This document shows, in pieces, positions 42,650-54,199 of a stretch of 64,000 bases of DNA. Source of the stretch: Candidatus Rokubacteria bacterium CSP1-6 (GTDB lineage: Bacteria > Methylomirabilota > Methylomirabilia > Rokubacteriales > CSP1-6); the NCBI GenBank assembly GCA_001443385.1, contig LDXP01000005.1, forward strand, positions 2,146 to 66,145, written 5' to 3'. Position numbers and translations under genes: made by a program. Under the pieces are notes generated by a model. It searched no databases and was not told where the DNA came from. It saw only the letters and a program-made list of their open reading frames with translations. Each line of letters opens with the position of its first letter. The stretch's first letter is position 1.

Positions 42650-44254
42650 TCAGTACTTCCAGCCGACGGACAGCGTCACCACGTTCCGGTCGAAGTCGAA
42701 GAGCGAGAAGGTGGAGCTGTTCCGCTCCTTGAAGAAGTCCAGGGAGGCGCTGAGCCCGTAGGGGAAGTCGCGCGACAGGGAGGCGGTGAAGGTGTGGTCG
42801 CCGTCGCGGCGCATCACGTTGAACGGCGCACCCTGGACGAACGATCCTTCCCTCGACTGTTTGTTCAGGGCAGCCGCGAGGGCGTTCTTGTTGGGGTAGT
42901 CGCGGAACTGGAAGTCGTAGCCCGCCTGAAACCGGATCTCCCACGGGCCGGTCACCTGAAACCCCACGGAGGCCTTCTGGCCGAAGTAGCGGTAGTCCGC
43001 CCCGATGGTATCGTCCGCGTCGAACTGGTAGCCCAAGCGAACAAAGTGCCTCCCGCCGGCGAAGGCCAGGATGTGCGTCGCGCCGAGCGCGTGGTTCTGG
43101 CCATCGCGGCTCTCCTTGCGGAGGTCCAGGGTGTTGGTCGAGCGAAAATCCTTGTCTTGGTAGCGGTACTGGAAGAGGGTGAAGTTGGAGTCATTCTCGA
43201 AGAGCGTGAGGGAGGCGGTCCCCGTGTGGCGGGACAGGAACACGGCGCCGTCCAGCTCCAGGTAGTCGTAGCTGTACTGGGCCCCGTACCAGGCCGGGAG
43301 CGTGCCCAGCCTCGCGCGGTGCACGTAGTTGGCGCCCCAGGTGTGGTTGAGGACGTCCAGGTTCTGGAGGCTGTTGTAGTAGTTGGAGAAGATCTGGTAG
43401 CTCGCCGTCAGCGTGTCGGGCTGGGTCGCCACCAGGTCGTACTCCAGCCGGAGCAGGGCGATCTCCGCCGCGCTGCGCCGTGGCTGGGTCCGGAGCTCCA
43501 GGACGCGGCTCGTCGGGGCCAGCGTCGCGTTGTCGTCGTAAGAGACCCCGCCGCGCACCTCGACCCGGTACCGCCGCGGCGCGGGCTTGGGCGCGACGGC
43601 CTCGGCGAACAGCTTCGCCGTCCGCCCCAGGGGGGCGTCGGGCCGGAGCTTGACCGCCTCCTCCAGATCCCGCGTCGCCTCCTCGTCCCGGCCCAGGTGG
43701 TGCTTGGTCAGCCCCGTGTAGAACCGGTTCTGCTGCTGGAAGCGGACGTCGCTGGACACGTTCTCCTGGAAGTAGGCCAGCGCCTTCTCGTACTCCTTCC
43801 GCTGGAAGTGGATGAACCCGAGGTAGTAGCCGAGGTTGTCGCGCCTGGGCTCCTTCCCGTGGACGAACAGGAAATGGGGCTGCCCGCGGTCGTACTCCTC
43901 TTTGGTGAAATAGGCGACCGCCAGGTTGAAGGCGATGTCGAGATCGGCCGGGTCCAGCTGGCGCGCCTTCTCCAGATGGGTGATCGCCTGGTCCACCTGG
44001 TCCAGGGCCAGATACGCGATCCCGACGAAGTAGCGGACCTCCGCGTTCTCCGGGTCGATCTGGAGGGCCTCGAGGAAGTTCTTGAGGGCCTCGGCGTACT
44101 TCCTGTCGTCGTACTCGATGATCCCGCGGTCGATGTACACGCCCACGGGCTCGGTGCTGCGTGGCTGGGCGGCCGCGCCAGGGGGGAAGGCGGCCGGGAG
44201 GGCCCAGCCGAGCAGCACAAGGGCAATGAGCAGGGGGCGGCGCACGGGTCCCAT
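42650..44254 (-). CDS. TPR-repeat protein with a C-terminal outer-membrane beta-barrel-like region
   Basis: Signal peptide. TPR units (YAEALKNFLEALQIDPENAEVRYFVGIAYLAL…). The C-terminal ~330 aa are rich in alternating aromatic/polar strands and end in …LSVGWKY. Confidence 0.55.
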   Translation of the reverse strand: MGPVRRPLLIALVLLGWALPAAFPPGAAAQPRSTEPVGVYIDRGIIEYDDRKYAEALKNFLEALQIDPENAEVRYFVGIAYLALDQVDQAITHLEKARQLDPADLDIAFNLAVAYFTKEEYDRGQPHFLFVHGKEPRRDNLGYYLGFIHFQRKEYEKALAYFQENVSSDVRFQQQNRFYTGLTKHHLGRDEEATRDLEEAVKLRPDAPLGRTAKLFAEAVAPKPAPRRYRVEVRGGVSYDDNATLAPTSRVLELRTQPRRSAAEIALLRLEYDLVATQPDTLTASYQIFSNYYNSLQNLDVLNHTWGANYVHRARLGTLPAWYGAQYSYDYLELDGAVFLSRHTGTASLTLFENDSNFTLFQYRYQDKDFRSTNTLDLRKESRDGQNHALGATHILAFAGGRHFVRLGYQFDADDTIGADYRYFGQKASVGFQVTGPWEIRFQAGYDFQFRDYPNKNALAAALNKQSREGSFVQGAPFNVMRRDGDHTFTASLSRDFPYGLSASLDFFKERNSSTFSLFDFDRNVVTLSVGWKY

Positions 44255-44313
44255 GGGCGCGGATGCGGCCTTAGCCTATTGGATGACCGGCCAGAAAGTC
44301 AACGGGAAGGAAA

Positions 44314-44392
44314 TGGTGACCCCGGCGGGATTCGAACCCGCGATCTCGACCTTGAAAGGGTCGCGTCCTTGGCCAGACTAGACGACGGGGTC
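44314..44392 (-). tRNA. tRNA-Glu (anticodon UUC), CCA encoded
   Basis: Minus strand: GACCCCGTCGTCTAGTCTGGCCAAGGACGCGACCCTTTCAAGGTCGAGATCGCGGGTTCGAATCCCGCCGGGGTCACCA. 7-bp acceptor stem, anticodon loop CTTTCAA, T-loop GGTTCGAATCC. Confidence 0.93.
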
Positions 44393-44460
44393 CGGTGGCC
44401 GAGAATACCTCAGAGCGCCTATGCGCGCAAGAAACATAGCCTCCGTGCCGAGGAGAAATC

Positions 44461-44536
44461 TGGTGAGCCGTGGTGGGATCGAACCACCGACCCCCTGCTT
44501 AAAAGGCAGGTGCTCTACCGGCTGAGCTAACGGCTC
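44461..44536 (-). tRNA. tRNA-Lys (anticodon UUU), CCA encoded
   Basis: Minus strand: GAGCCGTTAGCTCAGCCGGTAGAGCACCTGCCTTTTAAGCAGGGGGTCGGTGGTTCGATCCCACCACGGCTCACCA. Cloverleaf with anticodon loop CTTTTAA. Confidence 0.93.
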
Positions 44537-44578
44537 GCGTCAACGATTCTGCCTATTTGTCTGGGGGGAGTCAACTCC

Positions 44579-44970
44579 TCAGTAGAGGAAAACTGGAGCC
44601 GACGGAGTGAAATCAATCTGATAACTGGCCGAGAAGGCTTGCCAGTCCTCGGGCCGCCCCCACCGCACCAACCGCCCATCCTCAAACAGAAACCAATAGG
44701 GGATCAGCTTCAATCTGTCCTCCTCGTTCAGGAGCAGGACCTCCCCCACTTCGATGAGGGTTCCCGAGGCATCCCTCTGGGCGGCTCTGATCGTCATGCC
44801 GCGAGTGACTTCTTCCTTCGTGATCTTGCTGGCGAAGATCGCGAGAATGCGTTCCCTGGAGTCACCCACCCGAATGTTCCCGAGGTTGCTTTCGGTATAG
44901 GTGAAGGTCGCAGTGCTCGCGCAGCCAACCAGCGCGACGGCGACGGCCACGACCGCCCGCCCGAGGACTC

Positions 44971-44974
<4 letters not shown>
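44579..44974 (-). CDS. Small lipoprotein, unknown function
   Basis: GTG start overlapping the purA stop (GTGA). VRVLGRAVVAVAVALVGC lipobox. Visibly lower GC than its neighbours. The rest of track ORF 44579..45676 is purA shadow. Confidence 0.55.
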
Positions 44975-47610
<2,636 letters not shown>

Positions 47611-47644
47611 ACCGGTCCTCAACCCCAGATATTGTAGAACAACT

Positions 47645-47718
47645 GGGGTCAGGCTTGCGTATTTGCGTTACGCGTGGCGGGCGGAGATCTGAAAACGCAA
47701 TAACGCATGCCTGACCCC
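47645..47718. repeat. Long inverted repeat (25-nt arms, 22/25 complementary, 24-nt spacer), relatively AT-rich
   Basis: GGGGTCAGGCTTGCGTATTTGCGTT (47645-47669) against AACGCAATAACGCATGCCTGACCCC (47694-47718). Contains four TTGCGT/ACGCAA half-sites. Confidence 0.7.
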
Positions 47719-47730
47719 ACGAGCTTCCGC

Positions 47731-47757
47731 CCCGGGGGAGAGGGTAGGGTGAGGGGG
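47731..47757. repeat. Partial (right-arm only) copy of the MITE/REP-like element
   Basis: CCCGGGGGAGAGGGTAGGGTGAGGGGG matches …GAGGGGGAGAGGGCAGGGTGAGGGGG of the full copies. Confidence 0.6.
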
Positions 47758-47770
47758 CGCGGTCGGCCGG

Positions 47771-49354
47771 CTACAGCTTGACTAGCTTGGCGAAGACAAT
47801 ATCCGGCATGGCCCGGATCTCGCGCAGGATGGCCTCCGGGATCGGGTCGTCCAGGTTCAGGATCGAAACGGCCTGCCCCCCGCGCCGCTCGCGGCCGAGC
47901 TGCATGCCGGCGATGTTGATCTGGTGGCGGCCGCACAGAGTGCCGATCCGCCCGATCACGCCCGGCACGTCGAGGTTGGCGAAGACGAGCATCCACCCCG
48001 AGGGGACCGCTTCCAGCGAAAAGCCGTCGATCCTCACGATCCGGGGCTCGCGCCGGTGGAACAGCGTCCCGGCGACCCGCCACGAGCCCTTGCTGGTCTG
48101 GAGCTCGGCGGCGAGCAGGCTGGCGTAATCCTCGCTCTCGCTGGTGCTCGTCTCCACCACCTTGATGCCGCGGGCCTTGGCCAGGTACGGCGCGTTCACG
48201 TCCGACACCTTCTCTTCCAGGATCACGTCCAGGAGCCCCTTGAGGAACGTGACGGTCAGGACCGAGGTCGCCAGCGCCGCCACCTCGCCGGCGTACTCCA
48301 GCCGGACCTGCTTCATGCGGCCCTCGGCCATCTGGGCCAGGAACGCGCCCATCTTCTCCGCCAGGGTCAGGTAGGGTCTGAGCTCCTTCAGCGTCTCGGC
48401 ATCGACCGAAGGGACATTGACCGCGTTCCTCACGATGCCGCGAACCAGCACGTCGGCGATCTGCTTGGCAATCGCCAGCGCGACGCCGGACTGCGCTTCT
48501 TCCGTCGAGGCCGCCAGGTGGGGCGTGAGGACCACCTGGTCGAGGCCGAGGAGCGGGTGGTCCGCCGGGAGCGGCTCCTTCTCGAAGACGTCCAGCGCGG
48601 CGCCGGCCACCTTTCCCTTCCGGATGGCCTCGACGAGCGCCGTCTCGCTGATCACGCCGCCCCGGGCGCAGTTGATGACCCGGACGCCGTCCTTCATCTT
48701 CGCGAACTCGCCGGCCCCGAGAAAATTCCGGGTTTCGGCCGTGAGCGGGACATGGATCGAGACGAAGTCGGCCCGCTGGAGCAACTGGTCGAGCTCCACG
48801 ACCTCGGCGCCGATCCGCTGGGCGGCTTCGGCCGTCAGGTACGGATCGTAGGCGATGACCTGCATCCGGAGCCCCAGGGCGCGGCGGGCAACCTCGGCGC
48901 CGATCCGCCCGAGCCCGATGATCCCCAGCACCTTGTTGTAGAGCTCGACCCCGGCGAAGCGCTCCTTCTCCCAGCGACCGCCCTTGAGCGCGCCGTGGGC
49001 CTGCGGGAGCTTGCGGGCCATCGCCAGCAGCAGGCCGACGGTGTGCTCGGCCACGGCGATCGTGTTGGCGCCGGGGGTGTTCATCACGATGATCCCCCGC
49101 TCGCTGGCCGCCTCCACGTCGATGTTGTCCACGCCGGCGCCGGCCCGACCCACCACCTCCAGCGCCCGGGCGGCTTCGATCACGCGGGCGGTGACCTTCG
49201 TCGCGCTCCGGACGATGAGCCCGTGGGCGTCGGCGATCCTGGCGCAGAGGTCCGCCTCGGGAAGCGTGGAGACCACCTCGACCGAAAGGCCCTCCTGGCG
49301 GAGGGCCTCGATCCCGACTTCCTGGAGCGCGTCGGTGACGATGACCTTCTTCAT
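47771..49354 (-). CDS. serA: D-3-phosphoglycerate dehydrogenase (long form with ACT domain)
   Basis: Start MKKVIVTD (ATGA overlap with the upstream gene). NAD site GIIGLGRIGAEVA, 'CARGG' and 'LTPHLAAST'. C-terminal ACT-like …VPGVIGRIGTLCGRHQINIAGMQLGR. Confidence 0.92.
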   Translation of the reverse strand: MKKVIVTDALQEVGIEALRQEGLSVEVVSTLPEADLCARIADAHGLIVRSATKVTARVIEAARALEVVGRAGAGVDNIDVEAASERGIIVMNTPGANTIAVAEHTVGLLLAMARKLPQAHGALKGGRWEKERFAGVELYNKVLGIIGLGRIGAEVARRALGLRMQVIAYDPYLTAEAAQRIGAEVVELDQLLQRADFVSIHVPLTAETRNFLGAGEFAKMKDGVRVINCARGGVISETALVEAIRKGKVAGAALDVFEKEPLPADHPLLGLDQVVLTPHLAASTEEAQSGVALAIAKQIADVLVRGIVRNAVNVPSVDAETLKELRPYLTLAEKMGAFLAQMAEGRMKQVRLEYAGEVAALATSVLTVTFLKGLLDVILEEKVSDVNAPYLAKARGIKVVETSTSESEDYASLLAAELQTSKGSWRVAGTLFHRREPRIVRIDGFSLEAVPSGWMLVFANLDVPGVIGRIGTLCGRHQINIAGMQLGRERRGGQAVSILNLDDPIPEAILREIRAMPDIVFAKLVKL

Positions 49355-50496
49355 GCGGGGCGTTCGGCCAGCACCTTCTGGGCGGCTCCGACGGCGGCGC
49401 CCCAGTCCACGGGGTAGCCCAGCTCCGCCAGGACCTGCTCGAGGGCGGCGAGGGCGATGACCACGTCGAAGTCGCCGACGTAGCCCATGTGCCCGAGCCG
49501 GAAGACCTTCCCCTTCATCTCCCCCTGCCCGCCCGCGATCGTGATGTTGTGCGACTTGGCGTAGGCCGCGAGCACCCTCTCGCTGTCGATGCCCTTCGGC
49601 GAGACGACGGAGGTGATCGCCGGGCTCGGCGTGGCCTTGGCGAACAGCTCGAGGCCCAGGGCCTCCGCCCCCGCGCGCGTGGCGCGCGCCAGCCGGTCGT
49701 GACGCTTGAAGATGTTGGCGAGCCCCTCCGCCTTCAGCATGGCCAGCACTTCCCGGAGCCCGATGACGATCGAGACCGCGGGGGTGAAGTGGGGCTGGTT
49801 CTTGACCACGAGCTTCTTCTCTTCGAGCAGGTTGAAGTAGTACCGGGGGAGCTTGGCCTGCTTGACCCGGTCCCACGCCTTGTCCGAGAGCGTGCAGAGG
49901 GCGAGCCCCGGCGGCAGCATGAGCCCCTTCTGGGAGCCCGCCACCACCACGTCCACGCCCCAGGCGTCCATGGGGAGGTCCGCCACCCCCAGGCTCGACA
50001 CCGTGTCCACGACCAGGATCGCGTCGCTCTTCCGCGTCGCCTCGGTGTAGCCCCGGACGTCGTGGAGGACGCCGGTGGAAGTCTCGCTGTGCTGGCAGAG
50101 GACGGCCCGGATGCCCGGCGTCTTCTTCAGCGCGTCGGCCACGCGATCAGGAGGCACCGTGTGGCCGAACGGCGCGTCGAGGGCGACGACCTCTACGCCG
50201 TAGGCGGCGCAGATCTCAGCCCAGCGCTCCCCGAATTTCCCCGCGCGGACCACGAGGGCTTTGTCGCCGGGCGAGAGCGTGTTGGTGACGGCCGCTTCCA
50301 TGGCGCCGGTCCCCGAGGCCGCGAGGATGATCGTCTCCTGCGTCGTCTGGACGAGCCACTTGAGCCCCTCGCGCACCTCGGCGAAGAGCGCTTCGTACTC
50401 GGGGGTCCGGTGGTGGATGATCGGCCGGGCCATGGCCAGGAGGATCTGGTTCGGAACCGGCGTGGGCCCCGGCGCCATGAGGTAGTACTTCTTCAT
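49351..50496 (-). CDS. Class-V aminotransferase (serine-glyoxylate / phosphoserine aminotransferase type)
   Basis: 'YLMAPGPTPVP', 'ILAASGTGAMEAAV' and 'VVAGSQKGLMLPPGL' (PLP Lys). Coupled to serA, which suggests the phosphoserine step. Confidence 0.85.
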   Translation of the reverse strand: MKKYYLMAPGPTPVPNQILLAMARPIIHHRTPEYEALFAEVREGLKWLVQTTQETIILAASGTGAMEAAVTNTLSPGDKALVVRAGKFGERWAEICAAYGVEVVALDAPFGHTVPPDRVADALKKTPGIRAVLCQHSETSTGVLHDVRGYTEATRKSDAILVVDTVSSLGVADLPMDAWGVDVVVAGSQKGLMLPPGLALCTLSDKAWDRVKQAKLPRYYFNLLEEKKLVVKNQPHFTPAVSIVIGLREVLAMLKAEGLANIFKRHDRLARATRAGAEALGLELFAKATPSPAITSVVSPKGIDSERVLAAYAKSHNITIAGGQGEMKGKVFRLGHMGYVGDFDVVIALAALEQVLAELGYPVDWGAAVGAAQKVLAERPA

Positions 50497-50547
50497 CGAG
50501 GGCTCCTTTCGGCGGGCTTGAACGTCGTGAACGCCATCACAAGCCCA

Positions 50548-50576
50548 CTATAGCCGCACCCGCGACCGCGAGTCAA
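50548..50576 (-). promoter_or_regulatory. Possible sigma-70 promoter (TTGACT-17-TATAGT) for the aminotransferase-serA pair
   Basis: Minus strand: TTGACT (50576-50571), a 17-nt spacer, then TATAGT (50553-50548), about 50 nt upstream of the ATG at 50496. Confidence 0.4.
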
Positions 50577-50622
50577 CTGGGCATTACGCGAAGGAAGGGG
50601 GAAATCGTTGAAGGGAAAGGGT

Positions 50623-50946
50623 CTAACCGCTGAGACGGCGCTCTAGTTCCTCCAGGCGCGCTTGGAGGAGCGCGACATTCCGCTTCAGCTCCTCCACGCC
50701 CCGCTCCAGCATTTCGCGGCGGCCTGCCTCGTCAACCAGGAGGCCCTCGATCCGCCGGAGCGCCTGGAGGACGGCGTGGTATTCCTGCTCCAGGCTTTCC
50801 AGGCGCCGGTAGATCTCGTCAAAGTGACCAAATACTTCGCGGAACCTTTCGTCGATGTGCTGCTGCAGCGAATCGAATCGTTGGTCGATCGCGGTGAACT
50901 GGCGACCCAGGAACTCGACGAGCTGCTGATACTCGCTAGCGGTCAT
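50623..50946 (-). CDS. Coiled-coil hypothetical protein (107 aa)
   Basis: Heptad-rich sequence (…FDSLQQHIDERFREVFGHFDEIYRRLESLEQEYHAVLQALRRIE…LQARLEELERRL). No family recognised. Confidence 0.5.
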   Translation of the reverse strand: MTASEYQQLVEFLGRQFTAIDQRFDSLQQHIDERFREVFGHFDEIYRRLESLEQEYHAVLQALRRIEGLLVDEAGRREMLERGVEELKRNVALLQARLEELERRLSG

Positions 50947-50980
50947 GACCTCTCACGTTTACCCCACCTCGGTGGCCAGT

Positions 50981-51613
50981 TCAAGTGTCTCCATTTCTTG
51001 ACGGAGGGAAGGCGGGGGTCCGGCGGGCGCGCGCGAACCTCAGGCCCATCCAGAGACAAAAAACCACCTGGCCGAGGCCGGCCAGAACGAAGAACGGCAG
51101 CAAGGCCCCGACCCAGGTGAGCGGCGCAACGAGATAGATTCCGTCCTCGAGCTCGAAGCCGCCGAAGGCGGGATAGTACCCGCCGCCATTCGGGCTCTGC
51201 CGGGCTTCGACGCCGAGACCCAGACCCATCGCGATCAACGCACAACTCCCGGCGGCGATCCCCGCGGCGAGCGACCACTCGCCGACGATTCCCCGGCGAA
51301 GCCCCACCCCGATCCCGATGAACAGGGCGGCGGAACTGAGGGCGCCGACAGCAAAGTCGTAGTAGTAGCCGAAGCGGGACGTCTTGCCGGTCAGGCGGGC
51401 CAGCTCGCCATCGGCGTGATCCAGGAACCGCGCCAGCACGAACAGGGCGGCCGCCCAGTTGGCAGCCAGAGCCTCACCCCTCGCATACAGCGCGCCCGCG
51501 CCGAGCGCCAGAGCCAGGCTCAGCGTGGTGATGTGATTCGGCCTGACGGGGGTGCCGGCGAGCGACCTCACGAGGAGGCGGGCCAGACGTTGATCCCACG
51601 GCGCGCCGGTCAT
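50981..51613 (-). CDS. CDP-alcohol phosphatidyltransferase family protein
   Basis: Polytopic. 'FLDHADGELARLTGKTSRFG…D' fits the D-G-x2-A-R…G…D…D motif. Confidence 0.75.
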   Translation of the reverse strand: MTGAPWDQRLARLLVRSLAGTPVRPNHITTLSLALALGAGALYARGEALAANWAAALFVLARFLDHADGELARLTGKTSRFGYYYDFAVGALSSAALFIGIGVGLRRGIVGEWSLAAGIAAGSCALIAMGLGLGVEARQSPNGGGYYPAFGGFELEDGIYLVAPLTWVGALLPFFVLAGLGQVVFCLWMGLRFARARRTPAFPPSRNGDT

Positions 51614-51626
51614 TCCGCGACGTTCC

Positions 51627-53183
51627 TCATTTCTTCGCGATCTGGAGGGGAACCTCGATGCCCGGCGCGCCCCGCACGGATCGGCCGAGCACGGTGACGA
51701 AGAGGGCGTCTTTCCCTCGGGCGTGGGGGGAGAAGAAGCGCACCACGTCGCCGTCGTAGAAGGTCAGCCCCGAGGCGCCGAAGCCCTGGCCGTAGGCGGC
51801 GAGGTAGCACTTGCCGCCGATGACCCCCGCCTCCAGGTTGGCGAGCCGGTAGCCGCGGTTGCCGAAGCGCTCGAGGATGGGACCGAGCTCGGCGAGGAAG
51901 AAGATCACGGCGCTGGCGTCGGAGCCCAGCGCCTGGTCCAGGCAGAGATAGCCGGCCTGGCCGCGGAAGTCCCCAGCCTGCAGCTGTTCCAGGCCGTGGG
52001 CCTCGGGCCAGTAACAGTACGCCCCGGAGGCGATTCCATCCACGGCGTTGACGATCAGATAGAGATCCACCAGCCGGTGCCCAGGCCCGGGAAGGAAGTC
52101 AGCGGGGATCCCACGGGTCGCGTGGAAGAGCGCGGTGGACAGCGCCCGGGCGCTGATCGGCTGGCCGGAGAACTGCCGCGTGGATCCCCGGCGGATGATC
52201 GTCTCCCCCAGCGGCCTGCCGGCAACAGGGAGCGGCTCGGGAAGCGCCAGGAGCGTCGTCGGGACAGATCTGGGCACGCCGGTGGCCGATGCCCGCACGG
52301 CCTTTACCTCGTCGGGTTCCACCAGCGACGCCGCCGCATGGATCTCCCTGACGAGCGGGTAGTCTACCTCGCTGGAGGAGAGAGGGAGGCACCGCGGGCT
52401 GATCGGCTCGACGGGGGCGCTGACAGCCGGAGCGGCCGCACTCCCGAGAGGCACCAATTCGAGGCTCACCTCCTTGTCTGAGTCGAGAGCGAGAAGCCCA
52501 TTCACCCGCGCGTCGAGGAACAGCGTGATCAGGTGCGCGGGGATTCCCATCGCCCCCGCCGCGGCGAGAAGGTTGGCCAGCATGGTCCCGGAGTCCCAGA
52601 AGAGGTGGCGGTACGCCCGCGCCTGGTATTTCCAGGTGTTGCGCCAGTAGATCCCCGTGAGCACGACCGTTGCCGCCGACGCGGCGATGCCGTCGTCGAG
52701 GGCCGCCGCGCTCAGCTCGGAGCGGAAGTCCCCGTCCCGGAGCCGGCGGAGGCAGAAATCGCCTGGGGAGAAGTGGTACACGCCGGCGGAAAGGCCCGGG
52801 AGATCTGCGGCCACGAGATAGACCTCAGTTTGGTATAGCGCCCCCGTCGAGGGCGCGGCGCGGAAGTGCATCTCCCCGCCCCCCGGGTAGGTCTTCTTCC
52901 TGGTCAGGCCGGCCGTAAAGAACAGGAGCGACGTCAGGATCTCCAGCGTGAGCGTCCCGCCCGCGCCCCGGAAGGCGTTCACGGCCCCCAGGGTATCCTG
53001 GACCGGCTGGGGAAACTCGCGCGGCAGCGGCGTGACGGGCAGATCCGGGTAGACCTTGTAGAGGAACGGCTTGGTGTCCCAGTCGAGGGAGTGGCCGCTC
53101 TGGCGAACGGAGGCGTAGCTGTGGGTGGTCCGGTCGTGATATTCCCGCGCCGCCTCGACGGCGCGGTTCCCGGCGGGACTCAC
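51627..53183 (-). CDS. SagB/ThcOx-type dehydrogenase (double nitroreductase-fold)
   Basis: 'YHDRTTHSY', 'RAAPSTGALYQTEVYLV' and 'YRHLFWDSGTMLANLLAAA', then a second half with 'RGSTRQF' and 'YRLANLEAGVIGGKCYLAA'. GTGA overlap with mtnA. Confidence 0.75.
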   Translation of the reverse strand: MSPAGNRAVEAAREYHDRTTHSYASVRQSGHSLDWDTKPFLYKVYPDLPVTPLPREFPQPVQDTLGAVNAFRGAGGTLTLEILTSLLFFTAGLTRKKTYPGGGEMHFRAAPSTGALYQTEVYLVAADLPGLSAGVYHFSPGDFCLRRLRDGDFRSELSAAALDDGIAASAATVVLTGIYWRNTWKYQARAYRHLFWDSGTMLANLLAAAGAMGIPAHLITLFLDARVNGLLALDSDKEVSLELVPLGSAAAPAVSAPVEPISPRCLPLSSSEVDYPLVREIHAAASLVEPDEVKAVRASATGVPRSVPTTLLALPEPLPVAGRPLGETIIRRGSTRQFSGQPISARALSTALFHATRGIPADFLPGPGHRLVDLYLIVNAVDGIASGAYCYWPEAHGLEQLQAGDFRGQAGYLCLDQALGSDASAVIFFLAELGPILERFGNRGYRLANLEAGVIGGKCYLAAYGQGFGASGLTFYDGDVVRFFSPHARGKDALFVTVLGRSVRGAPGIEVPLQIAKK

Positions 53184-54199
53184 ACCGAGAAGTCGAAGGG
53201 CGGGCGGAACACGCCGCGCTCGGTGATGATGGCGGTGATCAGCGCGGCGGGGGTGACGTCGAAGGCCGGATTGAAAACTGGTGACGCGCCGGGCACAATC
53301 TGCCGGCCCGCGAAGCCCCTGACCTCACCGGCGTCCCGCTCCTCGATAGGGATGAGATCTCCCGACGGCAGTGCCGGGTCGATGGTCGAGAAGGGCGCGG
53401 CCACGTAGAACGGGATGCCGTGGTGCCGGGCGAGCACCGCCAGCCCGTAGGTGCCGATCTTGTTGGCGGTGTCGCCGTTGGCCGCGATCCGGTCCGCCCC
53501 GGTCACGACGAGATCCACGTCCCCGCGCGCCATCACGGACCCTGCCGCCACGTCGCAGATCACCCGGTGGGGGATCCCCTCTTTGACCATCTCCCAGGCG
53601 GTGAGACGGGCGCCCTGGAGCACGGGACGGGTCTCGTCCACCCAGACGAGGGCGACCTTCCCCTGGGCGTGGGCCGCCCGGATCACCCCTCCCGCCGTCC
53701 CGTAGCCCGCCGTCGCAAGCGCGCCGGCGTTGCAGTGGGTGAGGATCCGCGCGCGGTCCGGGACCAGCGCCGCGCCGTGGGAGCCCATGGCCCGGTTGGC
53801 CGCGACATCCTCATCCAGGACCGCCTGCGCCTCCTGGACGAGCCGGGCCCTGAGGGCGTCCAGCGGCAGCGCCCGGTGGCCGAGGCAGCAGCGCCTCATC
53901 CGTTCGAGAGCCCAGAAGAGATTCACAGCGGTGGGACGGGTGGCCGCGAGCCCTTTGATCGCGGCCTCCACGTCGGCCTCTAGCCCGTCGAAGGTGGTCG
54001 CGCGGCTCTCGCGGGCCGCCAGCGCGACGCCGAAGGCGGCCGTCACGCCGATGGCGGGGGCGCCGCGCACGACCAGTGAGCGGATGGCGTCCGCGACTTC
54101 GGACCACGAGGTGTACTGCCGTTCCACTTCCTCGGTGGGAAGCCGCGTCTGGTCGAGGAGGACCAGCCGGTCGCCGTCCCAGCGGACGGGCGAGATCAC
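53180..54199 (-). CDS. mtnA: S-methyl-5-thioribose-1-phosphate isomerase
   Basis: 'VRWDGDRLVLLDQTRLP', 'VVRGAPAIGVTAA', 'THCNAG' and 'VWVDETRPVLQGARLTAWE'. The GTG at 54199 (GTGA overlap with the upstream stop) is preferred over the track start at 54244. Confidence 0.88.
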   Translation of the reverse strand: MISPVRWDGDRLVLLDQTRLPTEEVERQYTSWSEVADAIRSLVVRGAPAIGVTAAFGVALAARESRATTFDGLEADVEAAIKGLAATRPTAVNLFWALERMRRCCLGHRALPLDALRARLVQEAQAVLDEDVAANRAMGSHGAALVPDRARILTHCNAGALATAGYGTAGGVIRAAHAQGKVALVWVDETRPVLQGARLTAWEMVKEGIPHRVICDVAAGSVMARGDVDLVVTGADRIAANGDTANKIGTYGLAVLARHHGIPFYVAAPFSTIDPALPSGDLIPIEERDAGEVRGFAGRQIVPGASPVFNPAFDVTPAALITAIITERGVFRPPFDFSV

